Below, piece after piece: positions 1-11,599 of a stretch of 33,502 nucleotides of DNA. This DNA is from Octopus bimaculoides. Lineage: Eukaryota. Location: the NCBI RefSeq assembly GCF_001194135.2, contig NC_068997.1:53463590-53497091 (forward strand), given 5' to 3'. The position numbers were made by a program, and so were the translations under genes. The stretch's first letter is position 1; every line of letters starts with the position of its first letter. The notes beneath the pieces are model-generated. The model was not told where the DNA came from and made no database searches. It saw only the letters and a program-made list of their open reading frames with translations.

Positions 1-24
1 TTTTACACTTCAATTCTCATAAAC

Positions 25-66
<42 letters not shown>

Positions 67-661
67 CCTGAAGCTGGTACCCCAGCTTCAGTTCCTCATT
101 AAGTAATTACTTGCAAGTTATTCATTTTTCTTTTGCTCATTATATTCAACATGTCGGCTCACATTTTACTTTTATTTACTGACGCAGCAGGCGTCACTGG
201 GTACTATTTCTTGCCACAAAAAATAATGATTAGACTGAAGAGAAGCGGTTTCCTGTTAGAGGTTCACCACAAACAAGAATGTATAAGTTCTTCGATTTAA
301 CTTCTTATGACGTCAACAACCTACAAATAGCGTTTCAAAACTAGAGAGAGAAATTTCGAGGGATTGCTTTGGTATAATGGTAGAACACCTGTCATACATT
401 TTGGGATGTGGACTTGAGTACCATGGGCAGCCTTCGACATTTATTATCAAAGGGGGTTTTAACCTTATGTTTATACATTATTATTTATAGCTTTCATTGT
501 CGTGGAATCACCATTTTTCAAAGTTTCTAAACTTACACACAACACACACACACACGTATATACACATACATACATGCATACATACATACATATACACGCA
601 TACACATATATATATATATATATGCATATATACATTCAACATGTGCAACTGTTACTCCTGA

Positions 662-828
662 AACGTTTTTTCTCTGTTTTTTTTCCTATCTTTTTCCCCT
701 CTCCCCATTTATTTTCTCTTCACATCTTTTCTGCAGAAGAGCGTAGGCTCGAAACAACAAAAATTTCTTCCATATTTTTTAGCGTCAAACTAAAACACCT
801 TGTTCGTTGCGCGCACACGTGTCTCATA
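662..828 (+). mobile_element. Decayed short non-autonomous element (Penelope pLTR-like) with a hammerhead-like motif, copy 1
   Basis: ctgcagaagagcgtaggctcgaaacaacaaaaatttcttccatattttttagcgtcaaactaa aligns by eye with the reverse complement of the 31563-31745 copy (ctgttgaagagcgtagctcgaaacgtcaaagactttccgtattcccgagcgtcatactaa). Both copies have a pyrimidine-rich 5' part. Boundaries approximate. Confidence 0.65.
727..762 (+). ncRNA. Degenerate minimal type I hammerhead ribozyme motif
   Basis: UUUU-CUGCAGA-A-GAGC(GUAG)GCUC-GAAA-C-AAC-AAAA. Stem II is intact. The core is CUGcAGA and the GUC triplet is replaced by AAC, so probably inactive. Confidence 0.5.
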
Positions 829-1015
829 CACCCCCCCACATATATATATATATATGTGTATATATATATTTATATATTCATATACATATATATGTATGTT
901 TGTGTGTATGCATGTGTGTAAAAAAAACGCACATTTATAATTATCGAACAGATTTCAACTTCACAACAATAAACAACGAAAATAAATACAAAAATAAAAA
1001 AAGAATATATATATG

Positions 1016-1079
<64 letters not shown>

Positions 1080-1360
1080 AAACAACAGAAAAGCATAAAG
1101 AACAATATAAACAAGAAGAAGAGCAACAACATTCAAACTCAACAACAATAAGAATATCAATCGATTTAATTTATTCAGTAACCTCACACTACCACCTTGT
1201 CCACCCACGCACCTACTAGCCATCAACCTCTCAATCAACTTGTGTATACATCGCTTAATCAGCCTGGATCAGTGTGTGTTTCGAGTTTGATGACATGTGT
1301 GTAGATATGTGCGTATTTCCGCTCGCCATGTGTAGTTGTCCGAGTGTATGCGTATGTGAA

Positions 1361-1391
<31 letters not shown>

Positions 1392-1626
1392 ATATGTGGT
1401 GGGTGTACGGTTTCTTTTTATTGTGTATATTTATGCATTAATAGTTTTCTTGTGAGAATGACGAAAGTTTGGAAGCAGGAGAGTGTGTTGTAAGGAGAAC
1501 TTCGCAATGTATATAAATATATATATACATACTACATACATAATACATACATAGATAATACATACATATATATATGTATATATATATATAAACTACACAT
1601 ATAATTAATGTATAAATGTATACATG

Positions 1627-1676
<50 letters not shown>

Positions 1677-2886
1677 NNNNNNNNNNNNNNNNNNNNNNNN
1701 NNNNNNNNNNNNNNNNNNNNNNNNNNNNNNNNNNNNNNNNNNNNNNNNNNNNNNNNNNNNNNNNNNNNNNNNNNNNNNNNNNNNNNNNNNNNNNNNNNNN
1801 NNNNNNNNNNNNNNNNNNNNNNNNNNNNNNNNNNNNNNNNNNNNNNNNNNNNNNNNNNNNNNNNNNNNNNNNNNNNNNNNNNNNNNNNNNNNNNNNNNNN
1901 NNNNNNNNNNNNNNNNNNNNNNNNNNNNNNNNNNNNNNNNNNNNNNNNNNNNNNNNNNNNNNNNNNNNNNNNNNNNNNNNNNNNNNNNNNNNNNNNNNNN
2001 NNNNNNNNNNNNNNNNNNNNNNNNNNNNNNNNNNNNNNNNNNNNNNNNNNNNNNNNNNNNNNNNNNNNNNNNNNNNNNNNNNNNNNNNNNNNNNNNNNNN
2101 NNNNNNNNNNNNNNNNNNNNNNNNNNNNNNNNNNNNNNNNNNNNNNNNNNNNNNNNNNNNNNNNNNNNNNNNNNNNNNNNNNNNNNNNNNNNNNNNNNNN
2201 NNNNNNNNNNNNNNNNNNNATATTTATATATATATATACATATATATATATAACAAGCACAAACGCATAGACTCATATACAAACATAGACACCCATGACT
2301 ATCTATCTATCTATCTCTGTGGAAGTTTGTCAGTCTGTCTTCCCGTCAGTCAGCCTGTCTCTCTGTCTATCTGTGATTATGTATGTATGTATGTATGAAT
2401 AAGCGACTGAGATTGAGAAGAGTGACTTCAGTAATTAAATAGAAAGAATAATGTAGCATGGGCGGGAGGCTATGAGAATTTTTCCATATTTATTCTAATA
2501 TATTTACTGCTTACATTACGCAAATATCTATATATACACTACACATATATGCACACTGTGGTATTAGGAAATTATCCACGTATATATAAATATATATATG
2601 CATATATGCAATCCTCTCATGAAGATCTGCACTTTGGTTCTGTCTGTTGATCTTCATCAATATTGTGTAGTCTACTCAAGGTTGCTTGCTCAGTTGACAA
2701 AGATATCTACATATCGAAAATGAGGAAACTACGATTGTATTGAGATGCTGTCCGTTACCGCTGAAGATGCCTGCTTAGCCCTGATTTCTCACCATGAAAC
2801 TGATAACAATTCAATTGTGCTGTTCGATAGATAGCCGTCACTGATAAAGACTTCATGCTTTAACTGGAAATCAGTCTTATACAGGC

Positions 2887-3080
2887 AATATTGTTTTAAA
2901 TTTTCGCACAAGTGTAATGATTTTAAGGGGAGGGGCAATTTGGTTTCATCGACGCATGTGCTTGACTGGTACTTCATTTTTCTAACCCCGAAAGGATAAC
3001 AAGCAAAGTTGGTCTCAGGAGTATTTAAATTCAGAACCTAATGATACGGAAGAAATACCGTTAAGCATTTTGTCCGATGT
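2887..3080 (-). mobile_element. tRNA-derived SINE family A, diverged copy
   Basis: Shares gcacaag...ggggagggg...actggtactt...ccccgaaagga...aaataccgttaagcattttgtcc with copies at 25061-25170, 29271-29494 and 33061-33260. Confidence 0.8.
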
Positions 3081-3618
3081 TAACTGAGTTAATAATTCCA
3101 AGTAGACTGGTCCCTCTTACTCCCCTGTGTATGTGTATTGACGTAAATCTAATGTGAAAGAGTCTTCGTTGGCAAAACGCTGTCTTATCACTTGCATAGG
3201 CATATGCAGGTCTAGGTAAGATGTTTTGGAAGAACGCTAGCAGTTGCTCAGGAATGCAATTTTTCTTCTCCACACCATTAATGCTTATTCGAGAAAATGG
3301 CTTCGGCAGAATTTAAACTCGAGGACTTGGGAGTCGAAATAAATACACAAGGAATTGCATCAAAAATTCTAAAGCCTCAGTAGATTTCCGTCTTTCAATT
3401 GAATGTTGAATTAAACAATAACAGACAATGGTAGTCGCTTCAAGTCGAATTGAACTAAGAACCTTCCAGCTAAGACCAGAGTGTCTAATCGATTCGACGA
3501 TTTGACTCTTGGATCTTGCTTTCAACATTTTTATACAATTCTTTTAAATACAGTTTTCCTTGCCTAATTTGATGTCCAAGAACCCGTGACACTAAATCAG
3601 AGGTTTCTAAGTCTGTTA

Positions 3619-3666
3619 GTGCAAGGGTGCAATGGTGCAATGGTGCAAGGGTGCAACGGTGCAACG
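3619..3666. repeat. Octamer minisatellite GTGCAA(G/T/C)G x6
   Basis: gtgcaagg gtgcaatg gtgcaatg gtgcaagg gtgcaacg gtgcaacg, read directly. Confidence 0.95.
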
Positions 3667-4612
3667 GTGTAAGCATACATAACAGGTTGAGAAACCTCAT
3701 TTAGGGCCCCATACATAAAATAGTTTCTCTCTCTCCTCTTCATTCTCTCATTAACTTTNNNNNNNNNNNNNNNNNNNNNNNNNNNNNNNNNNNNNNNNNN
3801 NNNNNNNNNNNNNNNNNNNNNNNNNNNNNNNNNNNNNNNNNNNNNNNNNNNNNNNNNNNNNNNNNNNNNNNNNNNNNNNNNNNNNNNNNNNNNNNNNNNN
3901 NNNNNNNNNNNNNNNNNNNNNNNNNNNNNNNNNNNNNNNNNNNNNNNNNNNNNNNNNNNNNNNNNNNNNNNNNNNNNNNNNNNNNNNNNNNNNNNNNNNN
4001 NNNNNNNNNNNNNNNNNNNNNNNNNNNNNNNNNNNNNNNNNNNNNNNNNNNNNNNNNNNNNNNNNNNNNNNNNNNNNNNNNNNNNNNNNNNNNNNNNNNN
4101 NNNNNNNNNNNNNNNNNNNNNNNNNNNNNNNNNNNNNNNNNNNNNNNNNNNNNNNNNNNNNNNNNNNNNNNNNNNNNNNNNNNNNNNNNNNNNNNNNNNN
4201 NNNNNNNNNNNNNNNNNNNNNNNNNNNNNNNNNNNNNNNNNNNNNNNNNNNNNNNNNNNNNNNNNNNNNNNNNNNNNNNNNNNNNNNNNNNNNNNNNNNN
4301 NNNNNNNNNNNNNNNNNNNNNNNNNNNNNNNNNNNNNNNNNNNNNNNNNNNNNNNNNNNNNNNNNNNNNNNNNNNNNNNNNNNNNNNNNNNNNNNNNNNN
4401 NNNNNNNNNNNNNNNNNNNNNNNNNNNNNNNNNNNNNNNNNNNNNNNNNNNNNNNNNNNNNNNNNNNNNNNNNNNNNNNNNNNNNNNNNNNNNNNNNNNN
4501 NNNNNNNNNNNNNNNNNNNNNNNNNNNNNNNNNNNNNNNNNNNNNNNNNNNNNNNNNNNNNNNNNNNNNNNNNNNNNNNNNNNNNNNNNNNNNNNNNNNN
4601 NNNNNNNNNNNN

Positions 4613-4660
<48 letters not shown>

Positions 4661-4854
4661 TTATACAAATACCCACACACGCGCAATATATATATGTGTA
4701 TATATAAATATATGCAAAGAACAGAAGCGTGTGATTACGTGAGTATACATATAAGATCGTGCATATAAAACGGTGTACATGCATGCCTCTTGTTAAACAT
4801 ACATGTGAGTGTGTACATATATACATATATGTGTATGTGTGTGTGTGTGTGTAT

Positions 4855-4885
<31 letters not shown>

Positions 4886-5514
4886 CATGTGTGCCTGCGT
4901 GTGTGTATGCATATAGACTTTCTTTAATTCTAGCCATTTCTCCTCTTACGTGCCAGAATCTACCCAAAACCCAACACAAAAACAAAAGGAAGTCAAAAGA
5001 TTAGACATCAGACATTTAAACACAATTAACTAGACACAGATTGGCACCGGTGAACTTTACCAAAATCTTACATATTCTTCTTGCTTGCCCCAATTGCATC
5101 AATATCTGTATGTCTTTTCGTTTTATTCTTTAAATTCCTCTGTCCAACTAAGAAACAAAGCTCTACCATTGGCATTTAGGAATCGTCAGTACTGCAGAGT
5201 CACAGGATGAACTTTATAGGAAGATAAATACAAAAACAAAAAAAAGGAAGATATAAAGACTTGTAAATAATTCTTTGCGTATGCATGTGTTAAAGGAATA
5301 TGTACGTGCATACAGGAAAATACGGAGATTCATTGTTTTTGACTTTATATTTGAACATTTTTTTTTAAATGTAAAAAAGCATAATTGCTATCTGGGTGAT
5401 ATTTAGCCCTAGGCTAAGAATAATCTAGCAGACAAGAGTCAGTGAGGAAAACCTCGAAAAGATTACTTGATTAGCGAGAAATATTGAGGCAAATTTCTGC
5501 AGATGCTTCCCTAT

Positions 5515-5590
5515 AAATGTATGTATTGAATATAATGGTGGTGCCCCATTATGGCCATAGCGCTTGGACCGAAATTAATAAGAGAGTTGA
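5515..5590 (+). mobile_element. 3' tail fragment of SINE family C
   Basis: ggtggtgccccattatggccatagcgcttggaccgaaa resembles ggcggtgctccagcatggccgcagtcaaatggctgaaa at 25328-25366. Confidence 0.45.
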
Positions 5591-6983
5591 GGAGAGAGTT
5601 AAAGAATATGCATATATATATATATAAAGCATATGCGCATATATTTATAAACATGTACTTAGGACTCTATACACTCATATATGCATATTCATATATCTCT
5701 ATGNNNNNNNNNNNNNNNNNNNNNNNNNNNNNNNNNNNNNNNNNNNNNNNNNNNNNNNNNNNNNNNNNNNNNNNNNNNNNNNNNNNNNNNNNNNNNNNNN
5801 NNNNNNNNNNNNNNNNNNNNNNNNNNNNNNNNNNNNNNNNNNNNNNNNNNNNNNNNNNNNNNNNNNNNNNNNNNNNNNNNNNNNNNNNNNNNNNNNNNNN
5901 NNNNNNNNNNNNNNNNNNNNNNNNNNNNNNNNNNNNNNNNNNNNNNNNNNNNNNNNNNNNNNNNNNNNNNNNNNNNNNNNNNNNNNNNNNNNNNNNNNNN
6001 NNNNNNNNNNNNNNNNNNNNNNNNNNNNNNNNNNNNNNNNNNNNNNNNNNNNNNNNNNNNNNNNNNNNNNNNNNNNNNNNNNNNNNNNNNNNNNNNNNNN
6101 NNNNNNNNNNNNNNNNNNNNNNNNNNNNNNNNNNNNNNNNNNNNNNNNNNNNNNNNNNNNNNNNNNNNNNNNNNNNNNNNNNNNNNNNNNNNNNNNNNNN
6201 NNNNNNNNNNNNNNNNNNNNNNNNNNNNNNNNNNNNNNNNNNNNNNNNNNNNNNNNNNNNNNNNNNNNNNNNNNNNNNNNNNNNNNNNNNNNNNNNNNNN
6301 NNNNNNNNNNNNNNNNNNNNNNNNNNNNNNNNNNNNNNNNNNNNNTATATATATATAAATATATATATATGCCTCTGTGTGTGTGTTTGTTTGTGTGTGT
6401 GTGAGAGAGAGAATGTATCGTACGCTCTCCCTCTCTCCATATATATATGTATATGTATGTATGTATGTATCTATCTCTTTATATGTACGTATGTATATAC
6501 AATATACGCATATATGTGAGTATATTCGTGTCAATGCGTGTGTGTGTATGTNNNNNNNNNNNNNNNNNNNNNNNNNNNNNNNNNNNNNNNNNNNNNNNNN
6601 NNNNNNNNNNNNNNNNNNNNNNNNNNNNNNNNNNNNNNNNNNNNNNNNNNNACACACACACACACACACACACAAACATACGCAACCGCACACATGTACA
6701 CACACGCATACACACATAACTAATGTATACACATATAACACAGGGATACACACAAAACATTTAGACAATCTCTATGCTTCACTGAATCTATCAACTTCCC
6801 GAAAAAAATGTCATGTACCATGTGACCTCGTTTTTTCATTAAGGATTGGTGTGCGGGTTGGTGAGTGGGCCGTGATGTTTAGGGACTGTGCAGGTTTCTT
6901 ACGTACGTGTACGTGTCAGCACACACACTGAAACCTCCCTACACACACTCACACACTTGTATATATGCGTATATATATATGTG

Positions 6984-7022
<39 letters not shown>

Positions 7023-7279
7023 NNNNNNNNNNNNNNNNNNNNNNNNNNNNNNNNNNNNNNNNNNNNNNNNNNNNNNGTGAGTGAGAGAGAGAGAGTGTTA
7101 CATATAGAAAGATATGTATTTCTTTACTTGTATACATTGTATATATAGATATACACACACGCACATATACACACTTACTTCTACATATTGATACATACAT
7201 ATATACATATGTGTGTGTGTGTGTATACATATATATACATATATATATGTACATTTATTCATATTTATGCATATACTTA

Positions 7280-7524
7280 GTGAAGGCACATGACCTAGTG
7301 GTTAGAGCAGCGGGTTCGTGGTCGAGGGCGATGTGTCTGTTTATGAGCGAAACATCTAAGCTCTACTTCTGCTGACTCTTTCGCCACAACATTCTTCGAC
7401 TCTTGCATTTAGCAGCCCACATGCGACGGACCGGGGTCCCGCCCAAGAAGGGAACCTATATGCCAATGAAACCGGGAAACCGGCCCTATTTGAGCCAGGC
7501 ATGGCTCGAGAAGGAACAAACAAT
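7280..7524 (+). mobile_element. tRNA-derived SINE (family D) with A box, CORE-like segment and no B box
   Basis: gtgaaggcacatgacctagtggttagagc is A-box-like. ttatgagcgaaacatctaagctc resembles the CORE domain. It ends in aaggaacaaacaa. GC-rich island between (TA)n tracts. Confidence 0.7.
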
Positions 7525-7789
7525 ACATATATTTATTCATATACAAACACGTGATCATACCGTGTCCTACATATAAACGTCCTTACAACGATGTTGTAGA
7601 TATATATATCACTCATATCATTTAAAATCGAACATGAATATATATATATATATATATATATTTCTCTGTATATATATATGTATATTTCTCTGTTTTCTAT
7701 TTATCTATCTATCTATTTAGTGGCAGAGTCAGTCCGTTGCTGATCTGTGTTTCGCCTCTAGAAGACCGTTCTTTTGTCACACACACTCT

Positions 7790-7794
<5 letters not shown>

Positions 7795-7859
<65 letters not shown>
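7795..7859. repeat. (CA)n microsatellite
   Basis: Pure CA run. Confidence 0.98.
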
Positions 7860-7863
<4 letters not shown>

Positions 7864-8308
7864 TCTTGCGTTGTTTTGATGTCCTTGTGAAGCGTAAAGT
7901 AGCCATGAGAGAACCGTACTGAATTCCGTACAGTTTGGTATTATTTCAGTTCTTAAAACGGAATATTTTAGTTCGCCCTCACGTGTATCGTGCATCTTCG
8001 TTATTCCAAGCTTAATCATCTTTGATTCCGTAATAGAATTACATGATCTGTAATTGTGTGGTGGGTGGGCAGGAATTCGGTCGATTCCATACATCTCTGT
8101 AATTAACTTGTACTCTATTCTATCTTAGCTGAAATCTCAGGTTGGATTATCGTGACGGATTTCGTGGGACGTTTTGAAATTTCGGGTAGAATCTTCCTTC
8201 GAACGGTCTTTGGTTTTTCCCTCCATTCAATTTCACTCATAATCTACGGGCTGTTACGACGTTATAGAAAATGACATTTACTCTGCGGAATCGAACTTCA
8301 CCGTCTTG

Positions 8309-8493
8309 GTTGCAATTGTAATTCAGAAGACCAGCATCGTCCCATTCTTTGTCACACTGGATCTCCTAGAGACCTACGCTAAAGTTACGTGTGTCTGTGG
8401 ATTACTCATCCAGTTGAACGTTGATATCACGAGCGGGCTGTTCCATTGATCGCATCTGCTGGAACACTCGGCGTCGCAACCGACGGAGTGCCA
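8309..8493 (+). mobile_element. CORE-type SINE family B, 3' half
   Basis: Aligns with 10045-10231: gtgtctgtgga, gttgatc, ctggaacactcg, cgcaaccgacggag(t/a)gcca. Confidence 0.8.
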
Positions 8494-8759
8494 TTTATTA
8501 CAGTCAGTTCTAATAATGTGCGCATACGCATGTGTGTATGTTTCTGGTCGTTAAATGACTGTGATTATTAAAATACGCGCATTTAGTCCTCTGCCTTTTA
8601 CAACTATGTGTATTTGTGGCTATTTAATGTACAGACAGTGTGCGTGCGTGTGTGTGTGCGCGTAGTTAGTGTGCAAGGCCTTGATTAGAGATGGAGTTAA
8701 TTGCAAATATAAAGCAACATGCCTAATCACAAACATTCCGGGGTGGGATTCCTTTGTTG

Positions 8760-9203
8760 GAGATCGTATTGTTATTGTTGCAGTTATTATTGTTATTGTT
8801 GTTGTTGTAGAAGTGTTGTCGGTAGTGTTAATGATGATGATGATGATGATGATGAATACGGTTGTAAATGATTGTGGATGCTGATGAAGATGGTGGTGAT
8901 GGTGATGCCGTTGATTGGAGCAATACAGCTGAAGACGGTGGTGGTGGTGGTGTTGGTGGTGGTGGCCGTTGATGCAGTAGCGGTAGCAGTGGTGGTGCTA
9001 GTGGTGCTGGCGGGAGTGGTGCCAGTGCTGGGGTGGAGTGGAGTGGTGCCACCGATGTCAACATCTACTGGCCGCCATATTGTTGTTCAATTTTTCGTTC
9101 CGTTTTACTTCGTTTCTCTGTTTTAATATTTTTTTATAAATTTTTTTTTTTGTTATTTCTGTTGTTATTGTTGTGGTTCTGGTCGGTTTTGTGGTTGCTA
9201 TCG

Positions 9204-9239
<36 letters not shown>

Positions 9240-9331
9240 TTGTCGTTGATGTTGGTGTTTAGTGCTAGTGGCAGTGGTGGCGGGGCTGGTTGTTGCTAAT
9301 GGGGTTACTTCTGTTGCTCCCAACAATGATG

Positions 9332-9362
<31 letters not shown>

Positions 9363-9807
9363 TGATGGTGAAGTGTTGTGTGGGAGTAGCTTGGAGAGAG
9401 AAGGAGGAGCGGCAAACGAAGGAGGGTAGAAGGCAGAGGGGGGAAGGTGGGAAGCAAAAACATTGTTACTAATTGTAGGTATACTCCTTTGTGTCGCTCT
9501 AATTGTTGTTGACGATGACGACGACGACGACGATGATAATGATGATGATGATGATGATGATGATGGTGATGGTGATGTCAGTGTTGACAGCGATGGAAGA
9601 CGAAGACGATAATGATGATGATGATTATGATGACGATGACGACGACGACGACGATGATGATGATGATAATGATGATGATGATGATGATGATGATGATGTT
9701 GATGATGATGTTAATGACGATGATGATCATCACTGCTCTTGTCATTGTTTCTTCAAGAAATTATTTTGAGAGTTGTTTGTCATTTCGTGTCGCCGTTGTT
9801 CAGTTTT

Positions 9808-9839
<32 letters not shown>

Positions 9840-9960
9840 ATTGTCTGCGTTGTTTACGTTTCTCAGTGTCGTTTCTTTTTTCCCATTTTTTTTTGCCAAT
9901 TTTCTTTCCCTGTGCATTCTTCGATGTCAATGTTCTCCTACTTGTTATTGATGCTGCTGC
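8760..9960. repeat. Mosaic (GTT/GAT/GGT/GAC)n trinucleotide field
   Basis: Near-continuous G/T-rich triplet repeats on the plus strand with short unique spacers. Confidence 0.95.
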
Positions 9961-9980
9961 TGCTGTTGATTGCATTTTCT

Positions 9981-10231
9981 GCTGTGTCCTTGAACAAGAC
10001 ACTTTACTCCACGTTGCTGCAGCTCACTCACCTGGCAAAAATGAGTCGTACCTGTATTTCAAAGGACCAACCTTGTCACATTCCGTGTCACGCTGAATCT
10101 CTTTAAGAACAACGTTAAGGGTACATGTGTCTGTGGAATGCTCAGCCACTTGCACCTTAAATCTCGATCAGAGTGTTGCGTTGATCAGATGAACTGGTAC
10201 ACTCGTCATCGCAACCGACGGAGAGCCAGTT
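9981..10231 (+). mobile_element. CORE-type SINE family B, 5'-truncated (OR1/OR2-like)
   Basis: tgtgtccttgaacaagacactttactccacgttgctgcagctcactcacctggcaaaaatgag matches the CORE-SINE central domain (tgtgaccttgggcaagtcacttaacctc...ctgtaaaatggg). A second copy lies at 8309-8493. The OR1/OR2 link is from memory. Confidence 0.8.
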
Positions 10232-10567
10232 CTTTTCGTTTTTGTTGTTTAATAAACGCAGATGTGTTATGAAACGTTGTCAAGTGACGTTAGTAACTTA
10301 AACACCAATAACCAGAGTCGCTAGGAAAATCGATTGATTGATTGATTGATCGAATCAGATCCAGTCCCACAATCAAAACTGAGTAATCTATTTCATTCAA
10401 TGAAGAAAGACAAGAACAAACATCCTAAACGAAAGCCACGTTCACAGGATTTGAACTCAGAACGAAATGAGTCTTTATTGTTGTTAATAATGCAAGAGAC
10501 CAGAATTACATATTATAAAAACTGCGAAGATAAAAATATATCTAATGGTTTGTGAGAATGGATTGCG

Positions 10568-10740
10568 TGGCGAGGAATTGGCCGAGTCGTTAGAGCACGT
10601 GGTATGTTGTCTGGCACTATATTATCCTACGTTGTCTGGCACTATATTATCCTACGTTGTCTGGTCTGGGTTCAAATCTCAACTAGGTCAACTGTATATC
10701 TTTTACCCGCTCTGAGTCCATAATAAAATGTACCGATTCA
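10568..10740 (+). mobile_element. Diverged SINE family A head with an internal 25-bp tandem duplication
   Basis: A-box-like ttggccgagtcgttagagc and B-box-like gggttcaaatct. gttgtctggcactatattatcctac is repeated at 10606-10630 and 10631-10655, with a partial third copy to 10664. Confidence 0.6.
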
Positions 10741-11021
10741 GTGAGGTGCATAACGAAGGACAGGATGCTAAGCGGTATTTGATCCAGCACTTCAGCAACA
10801 ATATTATTGATAGTGACTTCGAAGTTTCGGCCAGAAAATTTATTAGACAATAATACATAGAGAACAATGAGTTGCAGCTACCCATGGTACCTATTTCAAA
10901 GAGACAGAGAGAGGCGGAGAGGGAGAATGTTGGGAGAAGAGTTCCGTTTTAAGAAGAATTCTTGTACAGTTTGGTTTATCTTCCTTTTTCTTGCCACTGG
11001 GACACATACGCACACTACCTC

Positions 11022-11125
11022 TTACCTATCTACCCGTCTGTCTACCCTTACCTATCTACCCTTATCTACCCTTACCTATCTACCCTTACCTATCTACCCC
11101 TACCTATCTACCCGTCTGTCGACCT
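11022..11125. repeat. Compound minisatellite, ~15-bp unit cttacctatctaccc
   Basis: About 6 imperfect units; the ctacccgtctgtc variant occurs twice. Confidence 0.85.
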
Positions 11126-11324
11126 ATCTTTCAGTACATTGATACATCCAGGAACACATACACTTACACACACATGCACACGCATCTACCTATATATATA
11201 TATTTATAGACACACACCCACAGAACACATACACGCACACACATATACGTACTTTCATTTACTTACGTCTCTTTCTCTCTTTTTAGATCTCTCTGTATAT
11301 TTCTCTCTCTCCCTCTCTCTCTCT

Positions 11325-11365
11325 ATCTATCTATCTATCCATCTGTCTATCTATCTATCCATCTG

Positions 11366-11422
<57 letters not shown>

Positions 11423-11455
11423 TTATCTATCTATCCATCCATCCATCCACCTATC
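11325..11455. repeat. (ATCT)n/(ATCC)n microsatellite
   Basis: Read directly. Confidence 0.95.
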
Positions 11456-11599
11456 TACCCTCATCATCTAAATTATTCAACCACTTCAATAAAACGCCAT
11501 TTAATCAGAACTATGAACCTCATGCGTCACAACAAACAGAAAGTTTCATATTAACAGTGACAATTTGACGACAGAAGTGAGGGCGGAATTCTGCTGAGG

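Noticed and set aside
68-91. Perfect hairpin ctgaagctgg-tacc-ccagcttcag
   Set aside because: A 10-bp stem is near chance expectation in 33 kb, and there is no supporting context.
308-315. Full CRE palindrome TGACGTCA
   Set aside because: A single isolated 8-mer, compatible with chance.
737-830. Apparent exon after a strong polypyrimidine tract and CAG
   Set aside because: Explained by the hammerhead-bearing repeat; there is no good donor and no recognisable peptide.
3061-3700. Three short overlapping minus-strand ORFs, possibly an L1/Tx1 C-terminal relic
   Set aside because: No CCHC or RT motif could be identified; the resemblance is too weak without an HMM search.
10606-10664. Direct repeats as a possible CRISPR-like array
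   Set aside because: The units are contiguous with no spacers, in a eukaryotic SINE context.
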